Shown: positions 18,661 to 22,152 of the stretch, piece by piece
Numbering within the stretch: position 1 is the stretch's first letter
How the letters are laid out: each line of letters starts with the position of its first letter
Translations under genes and position numbers: made by a program
DNA from: Octopus sinensis
Lineage: Eukaryota
Reading direction: 5' to 3'
DNA: 22,152 nt
NCBI RefSeq assembly: GCF_006345805.1
Contig: NW_021837002.1
Span: 1 to 22,152, forward strand
Notes under the pieces: model-generated
What the model was told of the DNA's origin: nothing
Seen by the model: only the letters and a program-made list of their open reading frames with translations
Databases searched by the model: none

Positions 18661-20082
18661 ATTTATTTTGTTACTTTACAATCTTTTCTTCTGGTCAAAC
18701 AATTATATTTTTTGTAAAAAAAAACACCTATGTTTTACCTACCCGATATACAAAATACCAGAATACTTATTTCTTAACTATACTGGAATTCTCAATCAAG
18801 ACTATTTATTAAGTAAATCTAAACATTAATACCTAATCACGTTTACCTTTATATGAGAAATTTATTTATTTGTAAATACCAATATACAGCTGAGTATGTA
18901 TAAATTTTTAACGATTTGTCATTCAAATGTGAAGTTAATGGGAGAAAAATAAACCGTCACATTTTTATGGCACTTTTTATTGCATTATCTTATCTTTTCT
19001 CCTCTTCTTCCCTTTTTAACAAATGCTTGACATAACGATATGACTACCAAGCTTATAACAACAATTTCCACCTAAAAATTTATTAATCCTATCAAAGTTT
19101 GACATAACTTATAACCATAGTGGTCGAAGGCCTGACATTTTAAAATATAGTCTTATATCCCCACCTATGCAGATCTTACAGTGATAGAAATATAGGTATT
19201 AACCATCAACTTCATTATAATTTAATATTTATTTCAAATGAATATTAAAATCATATAATTTATTTGTTTGTAAAGCAAATTTGTTTCATTTATTTGCAAA
19301 ACGAAATTCATTTAATTGTAAAACCAAATTTATTTAATAAAACCAATTTATTTATTTGTAAAACCAAATGCCAAATTCCATTCGTTTCTTCAAAAAAAAA
19401 AAAAAGAGATAGTGACCAGACAATTCTAGTATTTTTAAGAGATTAAGATTTCTTTACCAAAATTTTTCCATACTGATATTTAACCAATACTATAAATACC
19501 CACCACATACATACATACATACATACACTCTTTTTCGTTCTCTCTCTCTCTCTCACACACACACTCGCGCAATTAGCTGATTATCTTAATCCCAATATCA
19601 ATTTAGAGAAAACTGTTTTTATCATCCATGAGTGTTTAATATCGGTATTAACATTTCGAATTACATATACATACATATGTACCTACGTGTGTGTGTGTGC
19701 GCGTGTAGTAAAGCATCAATTACATGATTATTCATTTCCTCTAAGTAAAGTATTATATATATTTTATTTTTTATGGGGAAGGTTGACAGTGACTCTACAG
19801 ACAAGACTACAGATACTGACATATAGAGCAATGAAATTAAACTAACCGCCTTTCAGAGCAACGGAGATGCTATTTTAAACCACTTACACAGAAAAACCAA
19901 AATTTATAAATTTGTCAAAAAGACAGCAAACAGATATGCAGCCAAAAGACTAAATTTTCACTCCCATGGAGACTTAATTAAAATGAAATTAAAAGACTAC
20001 ATTTCAGAATTCTGTTGATGATTGCAACTCATGTAAGAATGTTTTGAGAAGAGTCGCGGAGATAAATATTGCATGTAAGAAA

Positions 20083-20437
20083 TGGCACCTTGGACAAGTG
20101 TCTTCTACTATAGCCTCGGGCTGACCAAAGTCTTGAGAGTGGATTTGGTACACGGAAACTGAAAGAAGTCTGTCGTATATAACCGCTAAGTTATATGTGT
20201 GTGTATGTGTTTGTGTGTCTGTGTTTGACCCCCCCCAACATCGCTTGACAACCGATGGTGGTGTGTGTGTTTACGTCTCCGTAACTTAGCGGTTCGGCAA
20301 AAGAGATCGATAGAATAAGTACTAGGCTTACAAAGAATAAGTCCTGGGGTCGATTTGCTCGACTAAAGGCGGTGCTCTAGCATGGCCGCAGTCAAATGGC
20401 TGAAACAAGTAAAAGAGTAAAAAAAGTAATGAGTAAG
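20083..20437 (+). mobile_element. SINE family 1, 5'-truncated
   Basis: ggcaccttggacaagtgtcttctactatagcc...cagtcaaatggctgaaacaagtaaaagagta. Confidence 0.9.
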
Positions 20438-20905
20438 AGTATTATTCATTTGAAGGTAGGAATGAATGACTGATGACTTCTATCATCATATTTTGAATTT
20501 TCCATCTAATGTCATTGATAAAGAAAGAATTAACTCAAATTTCAGCTTTTCTATAAGTGAAAGTATGACTGAATTGAAAAAATGCCACTGAATTATTTTA
20601 GAAGTTAATAAAAGGAGTGCATTTGTATTGGATATTTAATTTTATATTCTGTTTTATCTATGATTGGAGGTGATATAAACTATGAATAAGTTAATAATTA
20701 AACCAGGAAATAAATCTTATAACTTTGTTACATTTATCGAAAAGGGTTGACTGTTAAACAATGTGCTTACGTTACTAAATTTAAATCTAGTCTTTCTACA
20801 GTTTACCTCAGATTTTAAAAAAGCAAAATAAGTAAAGCACGTATAGAATTTCAATTATAGCTATTAATATTGAATCAACAAACGATCTAAGCTTAAGACC
20901 ATTAA

Positions 20906-21462
20906 TAGGGTGCCGGAAAGTTCGTGCCGATTTTTAAGAAAGAAAAAGGTCAATAAATACTTGCCATTACATTTTAATCAACAAATATGAACCATTTTGT
21001 GTGCACAATGTGTCTTCATCTTGCCTTAACTTGAAAATACTCTCTTCTCGAATTGAGGTGGTTTCTGGCAAAATTCATCAAGGTATCTTTTTACGTCATC
21101 CAAGGAATTGAAATTTTTTAACATTAGACTATCTGCAGGGACCTGAATAAGTGGATATCCGGAAGAGCAATATCTGTTGAATATGGAAGGGTGAGGTAAC
21201 ACATCCCAGCCGAGCTGCAGCAATTTTTGTCTGGTTCCCAAAAATATCAAGTGCTGAAAATGAACTTTCTTATCTTCCATTTTAAAGGATTACAAAATTA
21301 ACACAGGTTATAGGAACATAAACCTTCTTCTACGAAATGATAGCTTAAACTGTGCTCCAAATGGAGGTGCAGTCAAATCCTATTTTATGGACTCAACCAT
21401 GTTCTAGAATAAGTCGAAAGGTAAGCTACTATAAATCGGCATGAACTTTCCGGACAACCCGA
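20906..21462 (-). mobile_element. Internally deleted mariner (about 560 bp) with both TIRs
   Basis: TIRs ..gggt(t)g(t)ccggaaagttc(g/a)tgccgattt at both ends, with TA at 21463-21464. The minus strand joins the N-terminus MEDKKVHFQHLIFL to the C-terminus GTRQKLLQLGWDVLPHP.YS.DIA..D.HLFRSLQ...NFNSLDDVKRYLDEF. Confidence 0.88.
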
Positions 21463-22152
21463 TACATTGTCCGAGTAATTTTTAAAGACGTCTTATTGAA
21501 TTTATTTCTAAGACACATAAAAAAGTTTTCCGATCTAGATATATTGAATTGCCTTCCCAAAACGGTCAACGAGAAAGCACTTATCATATTATCAATTTGT
21601 ATATAAACATCCTACACGACCATGGAATAGGAGCGATAACATTTCTGGTTGGCGAGTTACGCAAAAGAACTACCGAAAAAAGAATCAATAATTAGAAGAT
21701 TAAAATTTATTTTACAAAATAAATATTTCATACAAATACAAAATAAGTATTTCATACAAAATGAGTATGTCGAATATTACGGACAAAAATTTGGATATAT
21801 CTCCAATATAAATACTCGTGACATGTGACTTCAAAAACATACACTCATCGGGACATTACCCATCCTTAATAGATGATGGGATGCAATAATTCAAGGCAAT
21901 TAATATCCGAATACAAAGACAAGTAAAACAAAACAAAATACCTGAACTGACTCTCTCCAGTATCATAGAAACAAGGTATCCTAACATATTATTCTTCAAA
22001 CTGTCTCAATGCTGTCAAAGAATGTCAGGATTTTGCAAAGATACGATTATAAAAAGGAAAAAAGACAACCACAGTAAATAAAGATAATTTAAGGTCTGAG
22101 ATCTACGAAACAATAGGACATCAATTTTTGTACATGAGGAACAAAAGAAAAA

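Overview
Repeat-saturated, AT-rich eukaryotic DNA, most likely an octopus or other coleoid cephalopod. That assignment is my inference from the recognisable tRNA-derived SINE families and was not checked by any search. I can support no intact host gene; nearly all ORFs in the track are microsatellite, SINE or transposon artefacts. The window holds a telescoped Ty3/Gypsy gag-pro-RT remnant (1-478) and a decayed Helitron Rep/PIF1-helicase (2743-5675) fused to RTE-like and Tc1/mariner scraps. It also holds two non-autonomous Helitrons, a TTAGGG-containing MITE, about 9 SINE copies or fragments, a near full-length D,D34D mariner, a mariner deletion derivative, a solo LTR and large (TA)n/(TG)n/(TATG)n arrays. 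The most interesting signal is a set of type I hammerhead-ribozyme-like motifs from three sequence families (6567-6660; 7637-7696, 8189-8248 and 14622-14674; 14909-14943). They sit in inverted or tandem repeats of the kind known for Penelope-like pseudo-LTRs and retrozymes, and two diverged homologues show compensatory base changes in the helices. Most copies carry at least one departure from the canonical core, so activity is unproven.
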